Positions 10,001-18,406 of a stretch of DNA of 36,954 nucleotides are shown piece by piece (the first letter of the stretch is position 1; each line of letters starts with the position of its first letter). The position numbers were made by a program, and so were the translations under genes. Below the pieces are notes generated by a model that did not search any database, was not told the DNA's origin, and saw nothing but the letters and a program-made list of their open reading frames with translations. Source of the DNA: Planctomycetota bacterium (GTDB lineage: Bacteria > Planctomycetota > MHYJ01 > WSZJ01); the NCBI GenBank assembly GCA_038060895.1, contig JBBTCT010000009.1, positions 1-36,954 on the forward strand. Reading direction: 5' to 3'.

Positions 10001-12588
10001 GGCTCGTCCCTGCCGTCCGGTTCCGCTTCGCTTCCCGGCGCGTTCTTGTCGTCGTTCGAGACGAGGCTCTCCTCGCTCTCGATGAGCCCCCTGCGCTCGA
10101 AAACATCCCTGGTGCGGTCCTTGTACCCGCCGCCCGCCCCCAGGTAATCGTAGACGCCTCCTTCATAGGCCAGTTCCAGCTGGGGCCCCGCCAGCAGCGA
10201 GTGCGTCTGGTCCCTGTCCATCTCCGCCAGTCTCGCCATGACCGAGTCGCGGATCCGCTTGCGCCACGACTTCGCCACGAGCATCTGCTTGCGCACGAGG
10301 TCGAAGTTCGCGTTGTCGCGCCCCTCCGCGAAGAACTCTTCGCCGTCCCGCATCCGGAACGTCTTTTTCACCTGGAAGCGCTCGCGGTCGGCGTCGCTCT
10401 CGAGCACGAGGAACGACGTGTAGGGCGTGATGATCTGGTAGTCCTCGGAGAGGGCGATGATCCGCTCCTTGACCTGCGCCGTTGATCCTTGCGCCAGCAG
10501 GTAGTCGAGGTGATGGCGCGCCCAGAGCCGCGGGATGAACGAGTTACCTGCCTCCGCCGCGGGGAGCTCCACGTCCGCGGAATACTCTACGGCCTTGCCG
10601 TCCGACATTCCGGAAATCGTCACGCTTCCACGCGCCGCGCCGCCCGCCGGGTTGTAGCGGCCGATCACGATCTGCTGCGAGCCGGCGGGGAGATTTGGAA
10701 GCGGATCGGGGTAGACGGCCGCCGCGGCCATATTGTTGAAGCGGACTCTCAGGTTTTTGACGGCCGGCGTGGTGATTTCGCGAAGCAGTTGGAACGCGGT
10801 CTGCGCCGGATCCGTGCCTCCTCCGATTTCGCGCACCGAGCCTCCGCCCAGCGACGCCATCGCCCGGAGCACGACGCTTTCGTAGGAGCTCCCGGGCGCC
10901 ACCGCATGAAAGGTGCCCGCGCCGGCGTACATCTTCTGCAGCCGCTGGCTGAACGCCACCGGGTCGGCATCGCCCGACGTGGGAAGCCCGTCGCCCACGA
11001 ACACGACGTGCCCGTCCGCCGGCACCCGGCGAATGACCTCCGCAAACGTCCCGTCGAGATCCGACCAGCCCAGCGGTGCGCGCTTCTCCAGGAACGCCAG
11101 CGCCGTTGCGCGGTTTACCTCCGTGTTTTCGGCGAACTCCATGAAGGCCCAGCGCGTTTCCACGTCGCTCGTCACCAGGTTGAAGCGGTCCTTGTTCCCG
11201 AGCGAGCCTAGCAGGGCTTCAAGGAAGGCGATCTGGGTGTCGCGCTGCGGCCCCATCATCGATCCTGACGTGTCGGCCACGACCAGCAGGTTGAGCGGCT
11301 TGCCGTCCGTCAGAAGCGGGCGGTTTTCCTTCTCGCCCGCGCCCGGCGCGCCCACCAGAAGCATGAAGTAGCCGTCGTCGCCGCGGCGGTGCGGAATCAG
11401 GGTGATCCTCTTGTCCGTCGGCTTCGTGCCGATGCGGAGTTCAAAGTCGCGCGTCGGCGTGTGCTCCTCTTCGTCGAATTCCACGCTCGCGGAGTGCTCT
11501 TCGCGGCGGATCCTGCAGGCATGCGAAGGCGATTCGATGGACGCCAGCGCCTCCGCCGAGTGGATCTTCACTTCGATCTTGAGCTGGCTCAGCGGATGCA
11601 GCCGCAGCATCTCGCTCTGCAGCGCATAGTTGTAGCGATACGTGTTCCCGACTTTCGGCAGCACCTGGGTGTACGTGATCCGGATGCGCTTCTCGGCGCC
11701 GATCGGGTAAACGCGCGCCTTGAAGATGTTTCCGCCGGTCCATTCCAGCAGCCCCGGATCGCGCTTCTCGCGGAGGATCGTCTCGTAGATCTCCCGCGCG
11801 CGCTCCTTCTCAACGATCTCGCCGTGCACGTACTCGTTCCCGATCCACATTCCGAATCCGGAGATCGAGGCGTCCTGCGGAAGCGGGAAGTAGAACACAC
11901 CCTCGAGGACGCTGGACGTGTGATTGACGAACGATTCCTCAATGTCCGTGCGCGCGATCTGGTCGCGGATATCCACGATCACCTTGTGGTAGCCCATCGT
12001 GAGCGGGACGTTGCGGCCGTCGACGTTAGCCAGGAGCGATCCGAGCGCTTCGGTCGAGGCGTTGTTCTTGTAGCCGGTGAGCCAGCGCGGATCCGCTTCG
12101 AGGAACGCGATCTTTTCGTCCCGGGCGCGGACGACCTTTCGCCCGGTCGCGGACAGAGTGGCGCCTGCAGGACCCTGCACCGCCACCGTGACCTTCTCCG
12201 GCGCCGCGATCTCCACTTCGCCCCGGTCCACCTTCAGCGTCCCGCCGTCCGTCAGCTCGACCAGCGTGTCCGGACCCAGCGTGTAGACCGCACCATTTTT
12301 CATCTTCAGCTGAAGAGCATTCGCCCCCCGCGTTCCGGTCTTCACCCAGTCGCCGGCCATCAGCAGCATGTTTTCTTCCGCGACGGCCCAGCGATCGCCC
12401 GTCACCGGCTTGAGCACTCCGTTCCCTTCGCGATCGACAACTTTCCCGAGCGACGAATCCGCGGAAAGGGGCTCCCGGTCGTCTCCCACCGAATGGAGTG
12501 CGAGGCCGATCACCAGGGCCAGGACGGTCAGAAGGAGGGAGCCGAGGAGGCACCGGCGTCGGGACAGGAGCGAAGGAATCAGGGTCAA
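4006..12588 (-). CDS. giant FecR-like + VIT + vWA + TPR/alpha-solenoid protein (2860 aa), N-terminal TM/signal
   Basis: Hydrophobic N-terminus; FecR-like GDWVKTG...LGPDTLVEL; VIT (IARTDIEESFVN..LEGVFYFPLP..DPGLLEW..F KARVYPI); vWA MIDAS DTSGS and VGDG; ITPYTSFLVLE; C-terminal TPRs. TTG start is uncertain. Confidence 0.9.
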   Translation of the reverse strand: MTLIPSLLSRRRCLLGSLLLTVLALVIGLALHSVGDDREPLSADSSLGKVVDREGNGVLKPVTGDRWAVAEENMLLMAGDWVKTGTRGANALQLKMKNGAVYTLGPDTLVELTDGGTLKVDRGEVEIAAPEKVTVAVQGPAGATLSATGRKVVRARDEKIAFLEADPRWLTGYKNNASTEALGSLLANVDGRNVPLTMGYHKVIVDIRDQIARTDIEESFVNHTSSVLEGVFYFPLPQDASISGFGMWIGNEYVHGEIVEKERAREIYETILREKRDPGLLEWTGGNIFKARVYPIGAEKRIRITYTQVLPKVGNTYRYNYALQSEMLRLHPLSQLKIEVKIHSAEALASIESPSHACRIRREEHSASVEFDEEEHTPTRDFELRIGTKPTDKRITLIPHRRGDDGYFMLLVGAPGAGEKENRPLLTDGKPLNLLVVADTSGSMMGPQRDTQIAFLEALLGSLGNKDRFNLVTSDVETRWAFMEFAENTEVNRATALAFLEKRAPLGWSDLDGTFAEVIRRVPADGHVVFVGDGLPTSGDADPVAFSQRLQKMYAGAGTFHAVAPGSSYESVVLRAMASLGGGSVREIGGGTDPAQTAFQLLREITTPAVKNLRVRFNNMAAAAVYPDPLPNLPAGSQQIVIGRYNPAGGAARGSVTISGMSDGKAVEYSADVELPAAEAGNSFIPRLWARHHLDYLLAQGSTAQVKERIIALSEDYQIITPYTSFLVLESDADRERFQVKKTFRMRDGEEFFAEGRDNANFDLVRKQMLVAKSWRKRIRDSVMARLAEMDRDQTHSLLAGPQLELAYEGGVYDYLGAGGGYKDRTRDVFERRGLIESEESLVSNDDKNAPGSEAEPDGRDEPMGEEDNEVYGPSPSASPVEEKAKKSSELKADYDEYSPRRENAQGGKFYGLRARGGKDARVGGVYAGERSAFAGRRGDRGGPYDYLNALFPAVPGPRGKMAEPAWSKEVLDLVRKMDRRAWIAASAKGLHFTLKSSGVDSRGRKHEYGTHEDWISAATWLTITTHLAGLDYQVQWLTAEERGVLSAAWLLGRTRKPEDGDAASWEAPFGWYFFDTFAAYAGASVAMETLADGRISLVFTWPAQPAAQTVVILDPAKSAVLEVRGVVDNEVVSTTLFSDLVEVGGAWWPAKIVTKDKAGKETSTLRIEVQELARADLDAAVAKVLERKNDAILLGKAPEKLEDAKQAFKDGKATIEDIWAVLGWASARQNWDDAKPAMQAFAERLKGKAGLTPIRLALLQQSRQNEELKALLQEAIAALAATPRDADFSAAWHVINYANSLNAGNETMALLETLKPVCERQKEIFEPLLPWDRQWLYALQNMGQAEQFFAAQRTLAEKYPFQVDLQNAVANTLSGRGEVDAALAFLAQAESKNGPWQDYEIDQLRQTGGWILFNSYRLDAFVSYVEGWDQAHPGKVPQQSWDMFLSALIMLDREPQASKRIEEWLVSFRKEKLSPGEIVRVSAAIRHAMGQGYNLWNNRFDERMSAALAETALYFADHKTLSYLTGQILQGGSFLATDEARAVRNTLYGRLKTQTASLPAAKVAEFVAWLKPYGFVTDEGEAGWQKILDAVYERWLVEAAAQDKQVLAQVVLGYGRGELRLKCLRKTLQDAKTPAETAAALENLFSALLAEPWKAEIQAELLTLLPRLTAAPGETKPEEVILAIRVVGLHLLVDWMTAARADATVAALPGVNELPRRKVKEARQKALKEARGLTVGTLADLEKSAGLETLRPWLAMERVYQQVKLGGDIKPLETEVRALLASVMEATAKKKTDDVTLAERILAERCVSTLSWLAVRAAGEPGAPAVSAILATMNEAIAGNNELIEWRGAKFELLTALDRGDDLEAALKEWYGEKREFAKLRWGKDLATVEAERGRVQDAVTVFEELRKLGELDAEELKTLSDWYTVLDSRDKSREARILSWQARNEWEISNWLQSESYRYQRSGPDVPSEMDAEVPLAFIALFRKASYPANYAWTLQSFYQSTRDFRLLECIPEAVIGQSSQQIYPLLNALKSVTDSIQEEATLDRLEKHLQAQHGRSNHDVNRRALRLLEFMVEHRAAEQTHGVGPHADAALAALKEAFKLSWADGEPVMMAEFLANRGGMKPAALAEEQLRELGVLYGGAPAGSEVRFAIGGHMATAQWANGRQQAAIVTLGGALGEHRAANKGQLPQSANPQLGTYSSWLQVLGDFRAAEKVWLDELAGKPNEQQALWLKQSLFLVYQSALARRAEVSLGKGPGLYAAMFKAIVEEMQSNSNENHLSNLVSTLANTWHNVHHDLKYPGVGADVSRFAFELLPPMLNRYNYRNSQGIISTVAERLREIVSALSALEFLVVRAETEPGWLRLQHQGFWSNLGHLASRYRVEAKSLPAQLSARLLTLVLRELKEDLRSMSARNRSMYSIGSGEFWSEKQPDFSKAAHEVLAQYERSEARVLYIADYLYHDLRQYADAIEALLSAHRRQLLGLNGQYKLCEFLQQQNRDAEAIPILIPMIAKAPDALAYRVLLMRAYFKTKNEALLLQTLAQADTHFHKDARWTENVMATLGGICLETCLFKQCIGYYDEAIALHVKTAPNRGVGDGVLSVYYRNEAGAWSGLGETDKAVDSAAGAILSWGRHVHGRQDELARLSQVLREAKDLDAYVKRLDAVIKETGLENPIVRKALGQVYFEKSRYEQAATQLQQAVEVQPNDVETHRLLIDAWDRMGARDRATAQLLESAKLTGHNVELYKDLGKRWTEMNQPANAERAFTNLVEMMPQESESHQALADVRRAQSRWAEEALQWRHVIRIRSREPGGYLGLAQALISWGKKAEAREVLEKAVSTDWPARFESERNKARDMLQQIGR

Positions 12589-12649
12589 GGGGCACCTTCA
12601 GAGTGAGGTTGCGGGAGGGACGTCGTCGGGACAGAGTCCGTCACCGTGG

Positions 12650-12678
12650 TTGGACGTCCAACAGGGTGCGGATGTTCC
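12650..12678 (-). promoter_or_regulatory. candidate ECF (sigmaE-like) promoter of the giant gene
   Basis: GGAACAT-N16-GTCCAA on the minus strand about 60 bp upstream of the start; resembles GGAACTT-N16-GTCnAA. Confidence 0.5.
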
Positions 12679-12784
12679 CGCAATTCCGGGAGGAGGCAAT
12701 CATCTGCTCACGCCCCGGCGCCGTCCGTGCGCGATCGGGGAGGTCGTCCGCATTGCGGAAGCGAGGATTGACGGTCCCCTGGCG

Positions 12785-13951
12785 TTACTTCTTCTGCCAG
12801 TCCTGGATCACGGCCCAGGCGGCCTCGTCCGTTCCCTTGCCTGCGCTGTCGCCGCCGGTGTTGCACGTGACGAGAACCGCGAACCCCTTCTCCGGCGCGA
12901 GCCAGGTCACGCAGAACCACATGGTGTTCGACCCGTTGTGAGTCAGGACGCGCCCGGTGTCGCCATCCTTGTCGCCCTTGGCCCAGGGGCGGGTCGAAAC
13001 GCTCCAGCCCATCGCGTAACCGTCGGCGGGGGGCGTGTGGAGTTTTTTCCACGAGTCGGGCTTGAGGAACGGCTTTCCGTCCGCTCCTTTCACCAGGCTG
13101 CCGCGCGCTCCGCTCAAGTGCGCCGCGAGGAAGCGGCTCCAGTCGGCGAGCGACATGTGGACGATCCCCGCGGGGCCGATGGCAACGGGGTTGTCGGCGC
13201 CGGGACCGGGCCCGACCGGAATTCCCTTTGCGTCGTGACCGCAAGGCTGGTCGGCCTTGTCGCCCTTCTTACCCGGTGCGCCGAAGCCGGCATTCAGAAT
13301 GCCAAGGGGCTTGAAGACCTGGTGCTGGATGAGTTCTTCCCAGCCGAGATCCGCCGCGGATTCCGCAACGTGGCCGGCGATGGCGAAATTTGCATTGGAA
13401 TAGAGGAACTTCGTGCCCGGCTCGTATTCCGGCGGATGTTTCAGTACACCCTCGAGCAGCAAGTGGCGCGCTTCACGCGGCGTCCCCTTGTGACTCCAGC
13501 AGTTCCCCCATAGGCCGTCCCGGTCGAGATTCGCGGGTGCGCCGCCGCGGTTCGACAGGAGTTGCTCGAGCGTGACGGGAGCCCAGCCGGGATCCATCGG
13601 CGGCTTCAGTTTCGGGAACGCTTCCGCCAGCGACGTCGTCCACTTCAGCTTTCCCTGTTCCTCAAGCCGCGCGACGAGCGTCGCCGTCATGGATTTCGTG
13701 CAGGAGCCCAGGTGCCAGAGGTCGTCGGCCGTCACGGGTTCTTCCTTCCCCGCGCGGCGCGTCCCGGTCGCCCCGATCGCCTGCACGCCGTCCGTGGTGA
13801 CGACGCATGCCGCGAGAGCCGGAAACTTGTTCTTCGCCCGGATCGGTTCGAGGAGATCGTTGAGGGAGCGAGGAGCGGGCGGTTCGGCGCGCGAAGAGAG
13901 CGCGAAGCAGACGGAAAACACGAAGGAGTTCCGTGCGCGTGAAAAGCTCAT
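12785..13951 (-). CDS. serine hydrolase, beta-lactamase class C/AmpC-like superfamily, secreted
   Basis: SxxK (GSCTKS), YxN (FLYSN), HNGSNT; start placed at MSFSRARN with a signal peptide and GAGGA RBS. Confidence 0.9.
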   Translation of the reverse strand: MSFSRARNSFVFSVCFALSSRAEPPAPRSLNDLLEPIRAKNKFPALAACVVTTDGVQAIGATGTRRAGKEEPVTADDLWHLGSCTKSMTATLVARLEEQGKLKWTTSLAEAFPKLKPPMDPGWAPVTLEQLLSNRGGAPANLDRDGLWGNCWSHKGTPREARHLLLEGVLKHPPEYEPGTKFLYSNANFAIAGHVAESAADLGWEELIQHQVFKPLGILNAGFGAPGKKGDKADQPCGHDAKGIPVGPGPGADNPVAIGPAGIVHMSLADWSRFLAAHLSGARGSLVKGADGKPFLKPDSWKKLHTPPADGYAMGWSVSTRPWAKGDKDGDTGRVLTHNGSNTMWFCVTWLAPEKGFAVLVTCNTGGDSAGKGTDEAAWAVIQDWQKK

Positions 13952-14061
13952 GGATTCCGTCCTCGTAGAGTGTGGTGCCGGAACTCCGCCGTACTGGCGA
14001 GACGGATTGTACGGAGATTGCCCCGGATGGACTTCGTCCGGTTCCCGGTATTCTGCACGCC

Positions 14062-14619
14062 ATGATTCCGCGAATTGTCGAAGAGAGTCCGGAAGCGCTG
14101 GAGCAGTATGCGACGGTTCCCATTCGATTCCTGGTCCGTGCCCGACACGTCGTGGCATCTCCGGAGGCGGGTAGCGGCACGGAAGAACCGGTGAATCCGC
14201 CCTACGAATACGACTACGATCTCCTCGACCACCCGAAGTGCTGGCGGCAATGGGATCTGGGGACCTGGGGCTTCCTGGCCGCATTCGACGGCGCGACCCG
14301 CGTCGGCGGCGCGGCCATCGCCTTTCGAACGCCGGATCTCGGCCTGCTCGAAGGACGGCCGGATCTCGCGTGTCTCTGGGACATCCGCGTGCGGCCCGAG
14401 CATCGTGGCCACGGGATCGGGACGCTCCTTTTCCAGGCGGCGAAATCATGGGCGCTGAATCGCGGCGCGCGGGAAATGAAGATCGAGACCCAGGACATCA
14501 ACGTTCCGGCCTGCCGGTTTTACATGAGGCAGGGGTGTCGCCTCACGGCCGCGAATCCAGGCGTGTATGAGCGTCATCCGCACCAGGTGCAGCTCTTCTG
14601 GACCACGCCCCTGGCCTGA
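14062..14619 (+). CDS. GNAT N-acetyltransferase (streptothricin acetyltransferase-like)
   Basis: LWDIRVRPEHRGHGIG acetyl-CoA motif; IETQDINVPACRFY. Confidence 0.85.
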   Translation: MIPRIVEESPEALEQYATVPIRFLVRARHVVASPEAGSGTEEPVNPPYEYDYDLLDHPKCWRQWDLGTWGFLAAFDGATRVGGAAIAFRTPDLGLLEGRPDLACLWDIRVRPEHRGHGIGTLLFQAAKSWALNRGAREMKIETQDINVPACRFYMRQGCRLTAANPGVYERHPHQVQLFWTTPLA

Positions 14620-14625
14620 AAGGCG

Positions 14626-15912
14626 CTACTTCGCTCCCGGGTCCGCCCACCAGGTGAGCCGGTACGCCGCCGCCTTCGCCGCCGGGCTGCCCGCGATCTT
14701 CGAAATCCGCTCACACTCCGCCTTCGCCGCCGCCGCGTCCTTCAACTCCTGGTCGCGGGCCGCGAAGAACTCGTCGCGCCGCTTCATCTCCTCCGCGTGC
14801 GACGTCGCGTGCGCCTCCAGCTTCTTCGCGTACGATTTCGCCTGCTCGGGGAAGGCCTCTGCGATCGAGCGCATCCGGATCAGCGCTTCCGGGTCCGCCG
14901 TCTTGCGCTTCGCCGCATCCGCGACCGCGACGTCGAGTTGCCGCAGCTCCGAAACGGCCCACGCTTCCGCCTTCTTGCGCGCGTCGGTGACCCTGGACTT
15001 CAGCTTCGGCTCCGAAATCGCAGCCAGCGCTTCGAGTCCCTCCTTCCATTTCCCGCGACGCATCATCGACCCCGCGGCGCCGATGTCGTCGGCATCGAAC
15101 GGTCCAGGGCAGTCGCGCGGCGAAGCGAAGACCATCATCGACTCGCGGATGATCGAGTGGCACTGCGGATTGACCTGGTGTTCCATCCCGGGAATCTCGT
15201 GATACTGCACGGGGATTCCCCAGCGCCAGAGCGCGTTCGCCCACTGCCGCGTGTCCTTCACAACGTTGACCACGCCCATCACCGCGGTTTCTTTTTCGCC
15301 GACCATCCCGATGTGCGGGACGTCGGGGAACGCGGCGCGATCCGAAGTGAACGCCGTGCCGCTGCTGAAGAAGAGCGCGCGGAACGGGAATTTCGCCGGG
15401 TCTTGCTTCCACAGGTGCATCGAGTACATCCCGCAGTAACCGCCCCCCATCGAAAATCCCTGGCAGTACACCTGGTCCCGGTCGATCGGGTGCTCCTTCA
15501 GCACTTTCTCGCGCATCCAGTCGAACGCCTGCCAGCAGACGTCCTGGGGCCAGCACTCGCTGTTGAACTTCGTGTCCTTCTGGTACTGAACGCCGACAAC
15601 GAACACCGGGAATTCCTTCGTCGACACGCGCGACAGGTTCCGGTGACGGTTTTCGCCCTTGTCGCCATTGCCGTGCAGGACGAAAAGAAGGGGCACCCTG
15701 CGCCCGGCCGCGACACCGTCCGGCACGAAGAGGTACGCGTTCATGCCCTTGGCGCCCTCGCCCTCGACGGGAAACGTCGAGAACTTCCCCATCCCCGCGC
15801 CATCTTCCTTCCCCGCGGCGCCGCCGAGGGCGGTCTGAAGAGGCAGATCGCCCCCGAATGCGACGGAAGCGACGGCAACAAGGGCGGCGCAAAGAAGCGA
15901 TTTAGGCGGCAT
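14626..15912 (-). CDS. secreted alpha/beta-hydrolase (esterase/peptidase-like) with helical C-terminal extension
   Basis: Signal peptide; YLFVP..PLLFVLHGNG; IDRDQVYCQGFSMGG nucleophile elbow; PGMEH catalytic His. Confidence 0.8.
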   Translation of the reverse strand: MPPKSLLCAALVAVASVAFGGDLPLQTALGGAAGKEDGAGMGKFSTFPVEGEGAKGMNAYLFVPDGVAAGRRVPLLFVLHGNGDKGENRHRNLSRVSTKEFPVFVVGVQYQKDTKFNSECWPQDVCWQAFDWMREKVLKEHPIDRDQVYCQGFSMGGGYCGMYSMHLWKQDPAKFPFRALFFSSGTAFTSDRAAFPDVPHIGMVGEKETAVMGVVNVVKDTRQWANALWRWGIPVQYHEIPGMEHQVNPQCHSIIRESMMVFASPRDCPGPFDADDIGAAGSMMRRGKWKEGLEALAAISEPKLKSRVTDARKKAEAWAVSELRQLDVAVADAAKRKTADPEALIRMRSIAEAFPEQAKSYAKKLEAHATSHAEEMKRRDEFFAARDQELKDAAAAKAECERISKIAGSPAAKAAAYRLTWWADPGAK

Positions 15913-15980
15913 CGGGGCGGAGTCTCCCTGGATTTCCGATTCAAACACGGGGAGGCCGCGAGAGTTGCGCCGAAACGCTA

Positions 15981-16880
15981 CTACTTCACTTCCTGCTTCT
16001 TCAACTCCGCTTTCCATGTCATGCGCGCCGAAGTGCTGCCCGGGCCCCAGCCGATGGAAGCGTCACACTCCGCCTCGAACTTCGCCAGGCACCGGTTCTT
16101 CCGGTCGAACCAGGCTTCGCCCTTCTTGACGCCTCTACGGACGGCGGCCCATGCAATGGCGTTGGGATCGCTCGTCGTGGCGCCGGACACGTCTTTCACG
16201 GGAATGGACGAAGCTCGTTCGGGGGTATCAAAGGAAAGCTTGGAGCACGCACGACCGTCCTTCGTCTCGTTGCGATCGAAGGAGACTTCGAGGGATTCCT
16301 CCTCGATGAAGCGGATCGTGCGAGGCGTCTTCTTTTTCGAAGGCGGGACGGCGCCGAAAATGAGCTCGAGCCAGACTCGCGGCGTCGTCGGGTCGTGCAT
16401 GTCGAGGGCCGCGGCCTCGACGTGCTCCTTGGCGGTATTGGGCGTCGGAGCGCGGTCCGGAGTGCCGGCATTCTCCGCCGAGAGGACGCGGCCCGCGGGA
16501 GCCACGGTTGCGGTGAACTTCAGTGTGAGGAGGGACTCGTAGCGCTTGAACCCGAGAAACTCCGACGTCTTCGATTTCCCGGAATCCCAGGAGACCTTCG
16601 AGAATGTCGTGTTCTCGACCTTGACCGCCGGGAAGGTCCCCTCGATCTTCGCGTTTCCCTTCTCGTCGATGGAGAGCACCTCAAGCCGCAGCGTGACGTA
16701 TTCCTCCTGGCGCTGCTTCCTCGACTTCGGGATCCCGTTCGCGCCCACTGGGGCCGCGAGGTTCCATTCGAGAATCGTTTCGGCCTCGTAGGTGTAGATC
16801 GTGCCCTTGCGGAATTCCCAGGTGACATCCTCGGCGAGTGCCTGGGCAGGAAGAGCCAGCAGCAACAGGAAGCGTTTCAT
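15981..16880 (-). CDS. secreted hypothetical protein (DUF6263-like beta protein)
   Basis: Signal MKRFLLLLALPAQALA; WEFRKG..YTY, LEVLSIDEKGNA, FTATVAPAGRV, GEAWFD. The family assignment is tentative. Confidence 0.7.
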   Translation of the reverse strand: MKRFLLLLALPAQALAEDVTWEFRKGTIYTYEAETILEWNLAAPVGANGIPKSRKQRQEEYVTLRLEVLSIDEKGNAKIEGTFPAVKVENTTFSKVSWDSGKSKTSEFLGFKRYESLLTLKFTATVAPAGRVLSAENAGTPDRAPTPNTAKEHVEAAALDMHDPTTPRVWLELIFGAVPPSKKKTPRTIRFIEEESLEVSFDRNETKDGRACSKLSFDTPERASSIPVKDVSGATTSDPNAIAWAAVRRGVKKGEAWFDRKNRCLAKFEAECDASIGWGPGSTSARMTWKAELKKQEVK

Positions 16881-16883
16881 GAG

Positions 16884-18377
16884 TTACCGGGGCGAAATGG
16901 GTTCGGGGCCGCTTCGAAACGCGCGCGTTCTGCCGCCGCCCGCTTCCGAAATGCGCTGCATGAATCCGCGCGTTTCCTTGTCGCGATCGACGTACACGCC
17001 GTCCACGATCGCGTTCTCGAAGACGTGGAGCAGGCGCGCCCGGTGAACGGACATCACGTCGTCATTCGAAGGAACGTCGGCGATCACGATGACGTGCGGG
17101 CGCTGGTCACGGCGCAGATTGAGCATCGCCGCGACCGTGAGTGCCTGGTCCGAAGCGGAGCCCGTGAAGGCGTTCCCCCCCGTGGCCTTCTGCCCCTGGA
17201 ACCACTTCCACGCCTTGTCGGCATCCCACGACAGGTAGTGCTGCCGAGTGAGCCACTGGTTGTCGAAGTCCCGGTAGAGCACGAACCCGACGCGCACGTC
17301 CCCGTCGGCTGGCGCGCGCAAGATCTCCGACTGCACCTGGCAGTTCACCATCGGCCACTCCGCGCACATGGAAAACGTCGAGTCGATGATGAAGAGAAGA
17401 TCGAGAGATCCCTCCGGCGAAGTGACTTCCTCCGGGGGAAGCGGGCGCGAGGGCGGCCGCTCTTCGGGTAGCGCCTCCGACCCACCGCCCGCCGGGGGCT
17501 TCGGCGGAATCGCCGGCGGAGGAGGCGGAACCGCCGCGCGTTCCTTCGCGGCCCGCAACGCGCGCGCGGCGAGACGCTTCACGATCGGACGCTTGTCTTT
17601 CACGGCGCCCTCCAGCGCCGCGATCGCGGCGGCGCCGCCGAGCCTTCCGAGCGCGAGCGCCGCTTCGGCAGCGACATCCACGTCCTCATCGGCGAGCGCC
17701 CGTGCGAGCGGCGCGACGGCGTCCTTTGAGCCCGCGTCGCCAAGCGCGGTCGCGCACGCGGCCCGGACTTCCCACTCCTTGTCCTTGAGCGCGGCTATGA
17801 GCTCGGTTACGGCGAGCGGGGAAGCGACGCGGCCGAGCGCGGTCGCGCCCATGGTGCGATAGAGCAGCTCGGCGAGTTCGTTGTAGGGCCGGTCGATCCC
17901 GAGGCCGGTCTCGGTCGTCGCCCGGTACGAACCGTAGCGCAGCACCTTGACGAACGCCTTCTCGGCCTCTTCGTCTCCCGTCTTCCTCACCAGGTCCGCG
18001 GCCGCCTTACGAATCGTCGGCGGCACCCCGCAGATCGCGAGCCGCGCCGCGCACATCGAGGCCGCGCGGTTCTCGCGCTTGAGCAGTGCTTCCGCGGCGC
18101 GCAGCCGCACCGTGGGGAAACCGTCGTTGTCGGCGATCTGGATCAGGTCGTCGTCCGCGATCGGGGAGAGAATGACTTCCAGCATTTTCACGGCCGCCTC
18201 GCGTGCGACTTCATCTCTCGTGTCGTACTTCGCGTGAGCGGCCACGAGCGCTTTCCGAAGATCCGGGTCCATTTCTTCCGCCAGGCCGTCTTTCGGAAGA
18301 GGCTTCAGAGCCGCAGGGAGGTTGGCGTCGGCGGTAGCAATCAGGGCGGTGAGCAGAATGGTGGCGAAGGGGCGCAC
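16884..18377 (-). CDS. secreted HEAT-repeat + Pro-rich linker + vWA domain protein
   Basis: HEAT repeats (LKDKEWEVRAACATALG, LADEDVDVAAEAALALG); DLLFIIDSTFSM and VRVGFVLYRD vWA motifs; GTG 18377 precedes a signal-like segment. Confidence 0.8.
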   Translation of the reverse strand: MRPFATILLTALIATADANLPAALKPLPKDGLAEEMDPDLRKALVAAHAKYDTRDEVAREAAVKMLEVILSPIADDDLIQIADNDGFPTVRLRAAEALLKRENRAASMCAARLAICGVPPTIRKAAADLVRKTGDEEAEKAFVKVLRYGSYRATTETGLGIDRPYNELAELLYRTMGATALGRVASPLAVTELIAALKDKEWEVRAACATALGDAGSKDAVAPLARALADEDVDVAAEAALALGRLGGAAAIAALEGAVKDKRPIVKRLAARALRAAKERAAVPPPPPAIPPKPPAGGGSEALPEERPPSRPLPPEEVTSPEGSLDLLFIIDSTFSMCAEWPMVNCQVQSEILRAPADGDVRVGFVLYRDFDNQWLTRQHYLSWDADKAWKWFQGQKATGGNAFTGSASDQALTVAAMLNLRRDQRPHVIVIADVPSNDDVMSVHRARLLHVFENAIVDGVYVDRDKETRGFMQRISEAGGGRTRAFRSGPEPISPR

Positions 18378-18389
18378 GGGAGATGAGTT

Positions 18390-18406
18390 CGCAACGGCCG
18401 TGCCGA
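18390..18406 (-). promoter_or_regulatory. candidate sigma54 (-24/-12) promoter
   Basis: TCGGCACGGCCGTTGCG, i.e. GG-N10-GC, close to TGGCACG-N4-TTGC. Confidence 0.55.

Noticed and set aside
12785-13951. True beta-lactamase resistance gene
   Set aside because: Motifs fit the broad serine hydrolase family; substrate cannot be inferred from sequence.
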